A DNA stretch of 64,000 bases from Octopus sinensis (Eukaryota): the NCBI RefSeq assembly GCF_006345805.1, contig NC_043006.1, positions 37,014,001 to 37,078,000 on the forward strand, given 5' to 3'. Below, in pieces: positions 1 through 13,369 of the stretch (the stretch's first letter is position 1; every line of letters begins with the position of its first letter). Below the pieces are notes generated by a model. It was given only the letters and a program-made list of their open reading frames with translations. It did not search any database and was not told the origin of the DNA. The translations under genes and the position numbers were made by a program.

Positions 1-43
1 TGTGTGTATACGTGGGTGTGAATGCATGTCTATATATATGTGG

Positions 44-74
<31 letters not shown>

Positions 75-882
75 CGTGGGTGTATATATATATTTATATC
101 CACACACCCACATGTGTATACACAGTGTGTAATATCAATGTTTCAATATTTGCCTGTTTTACTTGCTCGTAACATTCACCAAACAACATACATACATTAT
201 TACACACGTTGTGTGGTAGAACAGAAAGAAACTTGTGGTGTGCTACTATCACTCAGATTCAACATACCATTATAGTATAGACAGCTATTGTCAAGATACT
301 GTATTTTCTTTCGTCGGTAACATTCCTATAAATGAAAATAGCCATCAAAACACAGCACAGCTTATCGCAAATATCATTATTATTAACTGATTGATTATAT
401 ATACCTTTACTATTAAATAAAATAGAAATTTATTTTTAAAAGGTTATCAAGCTTAGGAAAAAAATGAGCTGGACTTTGGCTGTGTTATTAACGACTCTGG
501 TCAGTATAGCAACAGAATTTTGCCGTTGTTACATACAGCAAGTGTTTATTCATTTATTTATGCAGAGTATAGATATCTGATACCGAAGTATGTTATATGT
601 ATGTGTGTGTCTGTGTGTGTATGCTATAATCCTTGGAGGCGAATTTTTGTATTTTTTTCATCAAGACCCATCGATCGACAACTAGTTCATTAATGCTGTT
701 GCAAGCTTTATATGACAAAAATGTGTATGTATGTGTGTGTATGTATGCATATAAATATGTGTGTGTGTGTGTGTATATACACATATACGTACATTTTTGT
801 CATTGATAATTATGTGTAACTACCTGATGCATTTGAATAACAATTTGCATACGCTGTTTGCAAGTCAAGCTGTGTATGTATG

Positions 883-917
<35 letters not shown>

Positions 918-1498
918 AATTTCTTTAGCTGTAAGAATCATGGATTTCTTCAACAAGACAACCACACATGGATACCTCTATACAAGCTAATGAGTGTGAG
1001 CCACTTCATAGTCGCTCGAAGCGCTAGTAATAGCAGCTAAATACCCTTTAAACCATATTCTACTATCGTGGACAAGGAAATGTTACAAAAATGATCCTAA
1101 AACATAGGGAAAATGCTAAAACATGATGTTCATGACAAGAATGCCTTCGATCATAGATAGATCTCTGCTCGATCCGGGCAGACCTGGGGCTAAACAACAG
1201 TCTCTATCATACATTTATTTAAAACATATTCAACAATGCCGTGTAAGGTATCCAAGATGGGAATGGAATTATCATAGAAACCGATTCAATAACGATTTTC
1301 TTAACGTAGGCATAAGATCGGCCTCAGTATCAGAAAGGCTAGTAGGAGTTCATTGAGACCGCATTTCATGTTCATGCTTTTCCTCGTTGACTCGAGTGAC
1401 ATAAATATCCATCATAATCATCATCATCGATAAAAATCAACAGCCAAAGTGTTAAACAGGAAACAGTAGTATTTAATCATTCATTACACACACATTAT

Positions 1499-1541
<43 letters not shown>

Positions 1542-1679
1542 CATATATATACACATACATACATACACACACACATACATAAACGGTATACACGCCATGC
1601 TTGCGTGTATGTTACATGAAAAAATTGTATTTGACCGCTGTGTTAAATATAGATTATATATAATATACACATGCATACA

Positions 1680-1998
<319 letters not shown>

Positions 1999-4785
1999 AT
2001 ACACACACACATTATATATATTATATATATATATATAATATATATATAGATAGATAGATAGATATACCGTAGCTATACTATAAGCACAGACACAAATATG
2101 ACTAAATTTATGATATCTACCAAATAAATTCTTTAAAATACACATTATTATACCTATACAAATAATAATGGTTGTTTCTGGTTTTTGATAATAATAATAT
2201 AAGTATCTTTACATTTTCAATGCCTTTTGTGAAAGCAAATTACTTATCGATGTAAATTTCTTTTGTCATTTGGTATTGTCTTTCTCCTAAGAAAGAGAGC
2301 TGAGATATTCCAAAGGAATACATATATATGAGATATTATGGTATTCATGTAATTCCCGGGGTATTCTAAGTGACATTAAGTGAAGTAAAATAGCTAAAAT
2401 TATGAATATAAACCGCGAAATCCCTTCCCCCACCATCTGTTTCCATTAGGAGCTTTACCTCTTGATCTACAGGCACTTGCCAATTAATTGATTAATATAC
2501 AATAATGATATATTTTTGTTTGTTTACTATGCAAACATAGAATTAGAATAGAGGCTAAAAATATAAAACGAAGCGGTTTTGATGCCTTTCCAAAAAGCAT
2601 TATTTTATGTGAAATGGTTTCGCAGCCAGGAATCGAAACCATGTTTGGTCGCAGACTCGACCAGCCGATATGGTTTACATATAAGTGATACGTTAGCGAA
2701 TGATTTCCTGAGATTGGCAGAAAGCCAGAAATTTGTTAGTAAGGATTTTGGGACGATATGATAAACTGAATCGTCCACAGTATATATTACCAGGTACTTA
2801 TTTTGTTCGTCCTAAAAGAACTGAAGGTGTAGCGAATTCCAGCGAAATCTGAACTTGAAAATAAGACAACAAAATTCGATCTAGTTTTTAAATTCCGATA
2901 TCGAACACATTTGTTCACTCCATGCTTAGCCCTGGTCGAGTAAAAAGAAAACATGATTAAAAACATTCCAACAATGGCCATCTCTCCTTTTTCTACAGGC
3001 AACATCGGTCATCTAATACAAAGATCAGTTTATCGAATGTGTCCGTTACCTTTTTTAAGGTGATAGGTTGTGATATGAAGATTTGGCTGCTATTTCTAGA
3101 AGATCGGTCAACCATGTAGAAATTACCTTATTGGCAGGCTATTTATCTTAACCGGTTTCTTTTTACAATAAAATTAGCTAAGTGGTTCACCAAATATCTT
3201 TACTGTTTCATCGCTTCAGATTGGGTTGCTGTAGCTTGTACTGACCAACACTAGTAAACAACGTCCTCAGTATCCCTACAAATGGGGTGGTCACTGTTGG
3301 TCTGCTTTCGATCATAGACCTGCTCAATTAGACTTGACTTGAGGCTGAATAAACATCTGTTAGACGAGCCATTAAAGGAATCTCTATGTGGTCCGATCTG
3401 CTAGAAAAAACAACTAACTTTCAGATCCTATACTTTATCATCTTAAAAAACAAAAACTGAAAAATATAATGTAGTCTTAGATACAGAATCTTAGAAATAA
3501 AAGATATGGTCGTGGATGGAACGACTCTATAGATCTGTCTTGCTCGATAACTGAATGAGACGACTGGGGTTGCTAAACATCAACCCCAACCGGCATTAAC
3601 CCCTTCGTTTAATTATTCAATTCTTTATTTTGTATTCCTGTAGAGAAAAGAAAACCATCTATTTATACATGAAGAATATTTTTTTTAAGAGAGCAAAAAG
3701 CGAAAGTTGTGAAGGAGAACGGATTTCTATTCCAATTTTTTCTTCTTCAAACAGAAATACAGATCTATGTAAAGGAATCTATTTAAAGAAAAATGCTTGA
3801 AATAACAACAAAGGTGGCGACAACAGGAGAAAAAAATAACCCACACATGCACAATTATAATTCATCTTCATCATCATTATTATTTTTAATCCTAGACACC
3901 AAGGCCAGACATTGGGGAAGGATTACAGTGGATTAATTATATCATCGAACCTCATCCTCTCCAACTGAAGGAATGAAAGACCGACTCGATCCCGGCGGGA
4001 TTTGAACTCACAACCTGAGGGGACGTTAATCATTAGTTTGTCCGTTCCGTTACCGAGTCTGCTAATCCAGTAATGATAATTATTTCTTTACTTAAAATTA
4101 AACAGCAATTAGCAATACACATACACACACAAAATCGCACGCATGCAGGATTACAATAAGAAAAACAAATCGAATTCCTCACCCAAAAACCGTTGGTACA
4201 AGAATTGAATATCCAGTATGGTAAATGTGTTTCAATATATATATATAATATATATATAAAATCCAAAAGTTTTGCGGACAGACTTCACCACTCACCACCA
4301 CACGTGGGGGTTAAAAAAGGGGCTAGCTAAAGCAGATTTAACTGGCCCCGTTTAACCTCAATATTCCATATTCCTTTTCAGTCGTATCTCTCCCTTTCTT
4401 TTTCGGGGTTTTTCAAGTCTTGTGATTGAGTAACGGTTGAATATATACCACCAGGAGGTAGATAACCTCTTACGTAATAAAAGCTGTCTGTTTTCTTAAA
4501 TTAGGAAACCCTGCTTAAGGTTTCAGTTGAGATATAATTTTCTATTATATATATATATTCTTCCCGGTGAATGTCGATCTGTCTGTACATGAGAGATAGA
4601 AAGAAGAAAACACAAGCAGTCAGTAATGAGAATCAATCCATGATAGAAAATATAGTAACGATAAATAGCTCCAATGTTGCTTTAAATAAATATCTGAGTT
4701 TGTGTCTGTGTGTGTGTGTATATATCTATATCTATATATATATAATGTGAGTGTGCGTACGAGTGTATGTATGTATATATATAAT

Positions 4786-4832
<47 letters not shown>

Positions 4833-6112
4833 AGGGTGTGTGTGTATGTGTGTGAATGGAAATGTGCTTCTAATATATCAAATACGTTCTTCAAAACATC
4901 AACTGGTGACAATGGCAAGTTTAAAAGATATCGTTTCAGGTATGTTGTAGATAAGATATGAGTGTGTGCAGAAGGAAAAAAAAATTGGTTAGATGGACAG
5001 ATGTATATACATATATATATATGTGTGTGTGTAACTAACTACTTATAGACATATAAATGTTATTTACAAGATCCGTGTGTAATTCCTGGTCTTCTCTCCG
5101 TATCAGTCTCTCCCGATTTATAAAAATATATATATATAGTGTTGTGGTTGCGGCCAAAGACAACTGTTATAAAGCTTATCAGCTTTATAACGTGCCGTAG
5201 TGTCCTGGCCTTCAAAATTCATCTGCTTCTGTTCATGTCTCGTCAGCCGGGCTGAGTGCTAGTATGAAGGGGAGGAGGTGTGCTAACAAAGAGAGGAAAA
5301 GACAGAGGGGAGGGAAAAGTGAAAGATAAGAGAGATAGAAAGATAGAGACGAAAAAAGAGGTAAATTAGTATCTGTCGCCTAATAACTAAGGTTGTAGTG
5401 GCAGTGGCAGCAGTCACAGTAGGAGTAGCGGTAGGAGGAGATATGGGGAAAGAGTGTGAGTGAGCGAGCGAGTGAGTGAGGATGCAGAGAGATAAAAAAT
5501 TAAAAAGAATAGAAATAAAATAGAGAGAGAGGGAAAGATATGCAACAGTAGACAGAGAAAAGAAAATACGGAAAACAAAAATAAGTGAGGAAGATAAGAT
5601 AAAAGAAATGAAGAAAATACAGGAGAGGAGGATAAAAAGCAAGAAAGAGGAAACGAGAGAAGACGAGTGTGACAAGGAGAGGGAGGGGGAACTTACACAC
5701 ACATACACATATGCTCTCTCTCTCTCTCTCTCTCTCTCCCTCCCTATACACACGCACTGTTGAAAGGCTGGTTACAGCAGTATTTGTCGTGAGATAACAT
5801 CTCTCATGGACGTGCTGTGTTAAAAGCAATAAATATCGGAAGGAGACGAGAAATTACATTGGCAGCAGCCGGCGAGAAAGCGAAATGGATTTCGGCCATT
5901 TTGGACATTTTCAATGCGGAATGAGACGATTGGGCGTGGCTGTTTAGACGGTGACAACTTGGTACGGCTGACTGGACATTCAGCCTGTTTTGGTGACGGT
6001 ATAATAGACAAGTAGAAAGGCATTACACAGGGAGAAAAAGAGAGAGAGAAGGGGGATATTAAGACATCTGATGTCAAATAAGTCAGCGTCGAATCATTGA
6101 TGTCAAATAATT

Positions 6113-6427
6113 GGCACTCAGTCGGTTATGACGATGAGGGTTCCAATTGATTCGATCAGCAGAACAGCCTGCTCGTGAAATTAATGCGTAAGTGGCGGAA
6201 TACTCCGTAGGTACACGTATTCTTAACATAAATTAAGTGAGATTCAGTGTGTCACAGAATGTGACAAGGACGGCACTTTGCATTACACGGACTACTCATT
6301 TTTGCCAGCTGAGTGGACTGGAGCAATGTGAAATAATGTTTTGTTCAAGATCACAACGCACCGCAGGAAATCGAACTCACGACCTTATGATCGTGAGCCG
6401 AATACCCTAACCACTAAGCCACGTACC
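6113..6427 (-). mobile_element. tRNA-derived SINE, family C
   Basis: Head ggcttagtggttagggtattcggc..gttcgatttcc; shared body. Confidence 0.88.
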
Positions 6428-7571
6428 ATCGATGCCAAATAGACAGTGCCATAACGACTCGTGACTTTCTCAAAGACGTGTACTCGTAGCCAGCCATATG
6501 CTTGAACAAGAATTCGTAGCCTACTGTATAAGAAGCAATGAAAATAGCCGTCCGGCTGAATAAAAGTCCGCTATTCGGAAGTGTATACACCAGGCACATG
6601 CCATCAGTAATAGCTCAGGGTAGGCAGTTGGTAACTGAGTTGAAGGCAGATTTACTTCTGCCTTTATAGCCCGTAAAGAAAACGTTGTTATAGGAATGTA
6701 CGTATTACTTATGCGTAGCTTAAGTACTGAAATTGAAAGGAAGGGGCGAATTATGCCTACCTAATCTACAAAAAAAATTTAATATTTTGTATTTTATGCA
6801 TAGTAATCAGAGTAACCTTCATAATTTTATTGAATTATGTGCATATTTTGCCATGAGAGGAAAATGTTGCTATCGATCTATTTTATTCAAGGTAGGCACT
6901 GTCTACCTTGCCTACCTTGGCGACACGTCCGTGGTATACACATTATGTCTAATACACAGACAGTTGTTTTAATTCAATACTGATTCAGCTACGCAAACGG
7001 AATTTTTATTCAGCTGGGCAGCGCTTCACTTTATCAGTGAATGGTTTATTCATTTTCCCTACATTGAAGGCGACATGCATGTGAATGGTTGCAAGTAGCC
7101 ATCATTCAAAAGGTCGAACTACATCAGGCGTTCGCGCTAGTATCTTCCAGCGCGAATTTTCGTTTCTCTCCAATCTTTATTGTGTTTTTAACATAGCACG
7201 TCCATAAGAGATGTTAACTCCGGGCGAATATCGCAGTAACTGGCCTTTCAACAGTGTGTATACATTAAATATGATACATAGGTGGGCATTTTAATTTACT
7301 ACTGCCTCATTTGTATATAGCGAGTATCTGTTAGCTTTTAGTTGTTTCAGGTATTAAACAGCGGCTATTCTGGGGCATCGCCTTGAAGGGCTTAGTCTAA
7401 AAAATCGATCTCAGTACTTATATTTTTTCTCAAGTCTGGTACTTTTCTATTGGTCTCTTTTGCCGAACCGCTAAGTTGCGGAGATGTACACAAGCCAACA
7501 CCTGTTGTTACGCGGTATTTTTTTTGTGGGGGGGTACAAGCACAAAGACATACACACATATAGAAGGTTAA

Positions 7572-8757
7572 GTGGTAAGTCAAACATTATACGCCCTCTT
7601 GTTTCTGTTATTAAAATAGAAGCAAGACTTGAACAATTACATCATATTTCGACATAGTCTCTGTGCTTATCGATGTACTTCTACCAGTGGACTACAAATT
7701 TGCTTATTGCATCGGAGAAGGAGGTTTTCGGCTCGCAGCCATTTATGCTCTGTTTCCTACGGAAGGGATGAGATCTGGATTATATGCAAAGTGTTCCAGC
7801 AGTTCGAAACCCAATTTTTCAGAGGTTTCAACGGTGTGGGCAGCCGTATGTGGGCGTGCATTGACATGCAACAACAACACTTGCTTTGACCTCGGCGTTT
7901 GGTGTGAATTGTTGGTTTTCAGTTTGTAGACCAGCGTTTCACTGTAGCCTTCACCGGTGACTGTAGACCCCTTTTCCATGTAATGTTCTAGTATAGAAAC
8001 ATTTTGCGTCCCATATCACTTTTTCTGCGGAAGGTTGAGTCTTGAATTTCTTATTCACCGGCGATTCCGGTACTTTCCACTCTATACTCTGCCTTTTGGG
8101 TTCTGATTCACAATAATGGACCCAACTTTCATCTCCTGGAACTATTCTTCCCCAAATAGCTTCGCTTTCATCGTTATAGCTGTTGAGTAAACGACGACAT
8201 GATCTTTACGCGATTGCACTTATGTGCTCCGATTAGTTCCCTTGGCACTCATCACGCGCAGACTTTACAGAAGCGACGCCTGTCGTGGATGAATTCCTAT
8301 GCAGAACCATGACTAATTCTGTAGAGATTATGCCACCACATCGATGGTCACTCATCTGTTCGCCAGAACCATCTCTCAAACTTGTTGAATCTTCACGCCA
8401 GTGGTAGAGGTTGATGGACGTCTTGCTCCCTCTTCGTGTTTCACACTTGTCCGGCCATTTTAAAACTCATCGATCTACCCATACACACTTCTATGCGGTA
8501 GAATGCTGCCCCCGTATTATAATGAAATCCTGCGAGGAATTTCAGCCCTGACACACCTTCAGTCCAGAGAAATGGGATCACTGATCTTCGTTCTTCCTCG
8601 GTGTACACTGCTAGTAGAGCTGCCATGTTTACTCTATAACACAAGAAAGGGAGATTAAGGTGTCAAACTTCGGTTATGAAACCTCAAGAATACTACCTTT
8701 TAGCACGCGAGCGGTGAAGGTTTCGGTAAAAGTGCGGAAAATTCTGATATCCCCCCC
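7572..8757 (-). mobile_element. Decayed mariner element, near full length
   Basis: MAALLAVYTEEERRSVIPFLWTEGVSG (N-terminus) and HVNARPHTAAHT..LEHFAYNPDLIPS (HDNARPH / YSPDLAPSD-like motifs); degenerate inverted ends. Confidence 0.88.
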
Positions 8758-8929
8758 TCTCTCTTTATATATATATATATATATTCCATCTTCCGTCTTT
8801 CATTTGCTATATATATATATATATCAGGAATCCGGGGAAGGAGTGACGTTAAGCAGAGGTTACATTACTCGAAATTGGAGGTAAAATTTTAAGTTTAAAG
8901 TATTAGGGATAATGCCTGCAACATGAAGG

Positions 8930-9125
8930 ATCAATTTTTCAGAGAGCAGCTGATGATAGCACTCCTTCGGTATTGGTAAACATCATCATTCAGCCACACA
9001 ACCTTCCCTCATGACATAAATAAAGAGGCTGGCCTGGAAAAGAGGGTGAATGACATCATCTCCTCATACTAAATATTGAAGGGTCGCCTTAATGGCAAAA
9101 CGAAGAGGTGTGTTTGTTGCTTGGT
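8930..9125 (+). mobile_element. Possible piggyBac C-terminal remnant
   Basis: FREQLMIALL and RLNGK..TKRCVCC fragments; heavily decayed. Confidence 0.3.
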
Positions 9126-9346
9126 ATTTCTATTTTCTTTTTCCCATTGATATTTTCCCTTTTTTACATACATAAACATGGTGTTATTCTAAAATTTCAA
9201 AATATAACCAGTTTTCGGCCTTTTATCTGAAAGCTCACATTTTTTCTTGATTTTTATCCAAGTTCATTGTCATGAGAGTAAAACTATATTTCATATACAA
9301 TTATACGCACATAACGGGTTTCCACATAGATTCCGTCGGCGGAGGC

Positions 9347-9419
9347 AAAGAATACGCACACCACTTGTCTTCGGCGTAACCCTAACCCTAATCCTAAACA
9401 CTGGGTGTGCGTATTCTTT
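9347..9419. repeat. 16-bp perfect inverted repeat enclosing telomere-type (TAACCC)n
   Basis: aaagaatacgcacacc / ggtgtgcgtattcttt; taaccctaaccctaatcctaa at 9377-9397. Confidence 0.9.
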
Positions 9420-9577
9420 ACTATCGCCGTCTCCGTCAACCACATTCACTCACATGGCACTGGTCGGCTCGGAGCTATAGTAGAAGACACTAACCCAATG
9501 TGTTGTATAGTGCGACTGAACTTGCAACCACGATGTTGCAAAAGCTACCTTCTTAACTACACAGCTATACCTGATAT

Positions 9578-9654
<77 letters not shown>

Positions 9655-9814
9655 TATTATATATATATATATATATAATTATATATTATACAAATTGAAT
9701 AGGGGTTGTAAATGCAACCCTCGGTAATTGATATTTGATTTAGATGTATTTCTCCATTTCTTATCTTGTATATATATATATATAATACATATATATATAT
9801 ATATATATAGTGTG

Positions 9815-10043
9815 TATTTCTTTACTACCCACAAGGGGCTAAACATAGAGGGAACAAACAAGGACAGACAAAGGGATAATTCGATTACATCGACCCAGTG
9901 CGAAACTGGTACTTTATTTATCGACCCCGAGAGGATGAAAGGCAAAGTCGACCTCGGCGGAATTTAAACTCAGAACGTAACGACAGACGAAATACCGCTA
10001 AGCATTTCGCCCGGCGCGCTAACGTTTCTGCCAGCTCGCCGCC
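9815..10043 (-). mobile_element. tRNA-derived SINE, family B, full length
   Basis: ggcggcgagctggcagaaacgttagc..agttyaaattccgccgaggtcgac..gtagtaaagaaata. Confidence 0.92.
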
Positions 10044-10147
10044 ATATACATATATATGTATAAGGATGAAAAGGGACACACGAGTTGATATATATGAAAA
10101 AACAAGTCAAGATAGAAAATGCTAAAATAATTTTATAAAAGACATTT

Positions 10148-10184
10148 CAGTATTGGTTTCGGTCATTTGAGACCTTTTCAACTG
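10148..10184 (-). ncRNA. Degenerate hammerhead-like motif with U3/A8 core
   Basis: Minus: CAG-UUGAAAA-GGUC-UCAAAU-GACC-GAAA-CCAA-UA-CUG; perfect stem II, stem III mismatched. Confidence 0.5.
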
Positions 10185-10694
10185 TAACTATTAAATAATT
10201 AAATTTAGAAAAATTAAAAGAAAAGTTTTTTTAAAAGAATATTTGTATAGTTTTCAAATATAAGTGGCATTTTCCTTGTTTCTGCCTTTCTCTGTCTCTT
10301 GTTTACTCTTGTGGGGTCAAGGTCCATGTGAATTCTTGGCAGGGAAGAAGAAGGAGGGGAAGAAGGGGAGGAAGAATTTGGGATTGCCTTGATTGTCGTT
10401 GGTCAGTGGTGGCTAGCAGTTCCTGCTGTTCAATTTCATGAAAATATTTCTATTCAAAGTTTGTTATAGAATTTGCGTAGGTGTTATACTAAAAAGCAAG
10501 TGAGTAAGTTAGGAAGAAGAGGGATGAAAATGAAGAAGGGCAAACGGATCACAGGAGTTGAAGACCCTTTGACAAGTCGCCTCGGGGCGACCCAAAATCT
10601 TTCAGTGGATATGGAAGACAGAAACTGAAAGAAGCCCCCGTCGTATAATATAGATATATATATATTAATATATATATATAGTATAATATATATA

Positions 10695-10995
10695 TCACGT
10701 GATCACGTGACCGACCAGGCTATCAGATGTGTTACACATCGCTGGTCCACAATGCGTTCGCATGTTTAGCCTTCGAATGACGCCACCCCGCTGGCCAAGC
10801 GAGCAGGCCAACAGAAGAAAGAGTGGGAGAAAGAGTGGTGAAAGAGTACAGCAGGGAACACCACCCCCTGCCGGAGCCTCGTGGAGCTTTTTAGGTGTTT
10901 TTGCTCAATAAACACTCACAACGCCCGGTCCGGGAATCGAAACCGCGATCCTGCGACCGCGAGTCTGCTGCCCTAACCACTAGGCCATTGCGTCT

Positions 10996-10998
<3 letters not shown>
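10695..10998 (-). mobile_element. tRNA-derived SINE, family C variant (second tail copy at 11064-11182)
   Basis: Head gcaatggcctagtggttagggcagcagac..gtttcgattcc; tail ends cacgtgatcacgtga. Confidence 0.9.
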
Positions 10999-11035
<37 letters not shown>

Positions 11036-11985
11036 CACACACACACACATATATATATATATATCACGTGATCACGTGACCGACCAGACCATCAGATGTT
11101 GTTACACATCGCTGGTCACAATGCGTTCGCATTGTTTTAGCCTTCGAATGACGCCACCCCGCTGGCTAAGCGAGCAGGCCAATATATATATATATGTAAT
11201 ATATTAATAAATAAAACATATGCATATATATGTACATATATGTACGTATCTACCTCTACATGTATATATACACGCATATATGAGTACAGGACACCAAAAA
11301 AACGTCGAACGCAATGAGAAACGAAAACATAGACACAAACCCAAGGAACTGGACATTTTTAAAAAAAAAAAAAAATAGAGTACAGGACAAATAACACAAG
11401 GAAAAAAACCCTTCTTCAGTCGCCATGGTTTCATCTACTCTACGTTTCGAAGGTGAAGGCGAGACGTATCTTCGAAAGAAACTTTCCTTCCTGCGAAAAG
11501 CAAATCAAATAAAATTTGAGATCTTTTGCAGAGGGGTAAAAATGGTACAAAACCAGGACAGTAACGACAGTACAAAATTATAAGCAGTAAAAGACAGGAC
11601 AAGGAAAATAACAAGACAAGAAGGGCTGTTAGCCGAACGAAAAAAGTTTACGAACGTTATTTCTGTGAACGGCGATGGAGCAAGAAATTGCCATCCACAC
11701 CTCAAGAAAGTCAGGCCCAGAAAAGACAGTAGCAGAGCTCGTCGCGGGGTCAACGACGGGAGGGGAGGAGGAGTAAGAGAAAGGGAGAGAAGAAAGGGGA
11801 ATGGTTGTGAGGAAACCATGAAGAATGAGAGAGAGGGAGAGAGAGAGGGAGAGAGAGAGAGAGTGAAGAATGAGAGAGAGGGAGAGACAGTTAAGTAGAA
11901 GAAAAGGAAATCAAAGAATGAAGGCTGAGAAAGGGATGGGACAGAAAAGTTAAGAGTGCGCATCAAAATTAATATCAAGAGCAAT

Positions 11986-12016
<31 letters not shown>

Positions 12017-12209
12017 CGTAAGTAAACAAACGAAAGAAGGGCACTCAACACATTTATTGAGAGTTACATGAAAGGTCGAAGATTTGCGACACTCTTAAAA
12101 CTCAGAGTACCAAAGAGTTTCAATCAAACTGTTTTGATCCATACATCTATATACATACATACATACATACATACATACATACATACATACATACATGTGT
12201 GTGTGTGTG

Positions 12210-12418
12210 TTTCTTTGTGTCTGTGTTTGTTCCTCGCCATCGCTTGACAATCGGTGTTGATGTGTTTACGTTGCTGTAACTTAGCAGTTCGACAAAAGAA
12301 AACGATAAAATAAGTACTGGGCATAAAAAAAAACAATACTGAGGTCGATTCATTCGACTAAAAATTCTTCAAAACGGTGCCCCAGCATGGCCGCAGTCTA
12401 ATGACTGAAACAAGTAAC
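12210..12418 (+). mobile_element. SINE family A, 3' half
   Basis: ccatcgcttgacaa..ccagcatggccgcagtc..ctgaaacaagtaa. Confidence 0.88.
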
Positions 12419-12727
12419 TTTATTCCCTGACAATGAAGAAAGTTACGTGAAAACACAATTCCTCATTCTTTGTCTGGTTGCTATTATACTCTGCAATTAA
12501 TGCACCGAATGATCGATTGGTGAATGACCGCGAATTTACAGTTTGTACGCGTTGTACAGTGTATTGAACTTAGATTACTATTCTCTTCAATTGACGTTCT
12601 GTTAGCCAGGTTCTTTGACATAGAATACTGAGATATTTGCTTGGAATTCTTCAATCCTTATTTCCCTTCGCTCTTTCTCTCTTTCCCACTCTCTCCTCCC
12701 CTCTCTTCCTGTATGTATGTATGTTTG

Positions 12728-12786
<59 letters not shown>

Positions 12787-12792
12787 CCCCGT

Positions 12793-12824
<32 letters not shown>

Positions 12825-12844
12825 TACATATAAGATGGATGACA

Positions 12845-12963
12845 ACAACGTGGACAACCCTTATGCTAGAAGTAGATCCGCGTTTGCTGAATTTTCTTGA
12901 GAACATTTCATAGTGGTAAGACCATAGAGAATCTACTTCTAGCATAAGGGTTGTCCACGTTGT
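12845..12963. repeat. Perfect 33-bp inverted repeat with 53-bp spacer
   Basis: 12845-12877 is the exact reverse complement of 12931-12963. Confidence 0.95.
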
Positions 12964-13085
12964 GATCATCCTTCTTATTTGTATGTAATATAATTTTCTG
13001 AACCTTTAGATTTTAATATGCTACACCACTGGTTTTAAATTAATATTCAATTTTTCACCCTCATTTTAAATTACACACATATATA

Positions 13086-13287
13086 TTTATTCTTTTACTT
13101 GTTTCAGTCATTTGATTGCAGCCATGCTGGAGCACCGCATTTGGTCGAACAAATCGACCCCAGGACTTTTTATTTGTAAGCCTAGTACTTATTCTATCGA
13201 CTCTTTTGCCGAACCGCTAGTTCACGGGGACGTAAACACACCAGCATCGGTTGTGAAGCAATAGGGGAGGCAAACACAGACACATAA

Positions 13288-13369
<82 letters not shown>

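Noticed and set aside
2787-3005. 72-aa minus ORF as a host exon
   Set aside because: No recognisable domain; ambiguous splice sites.
6427-6523. 97-nt minus-strand exon candidate
   Set aside because: Donor lies inside a mutated SINE head; two open frames over 32 codons is unremarkable; no homology recognised.
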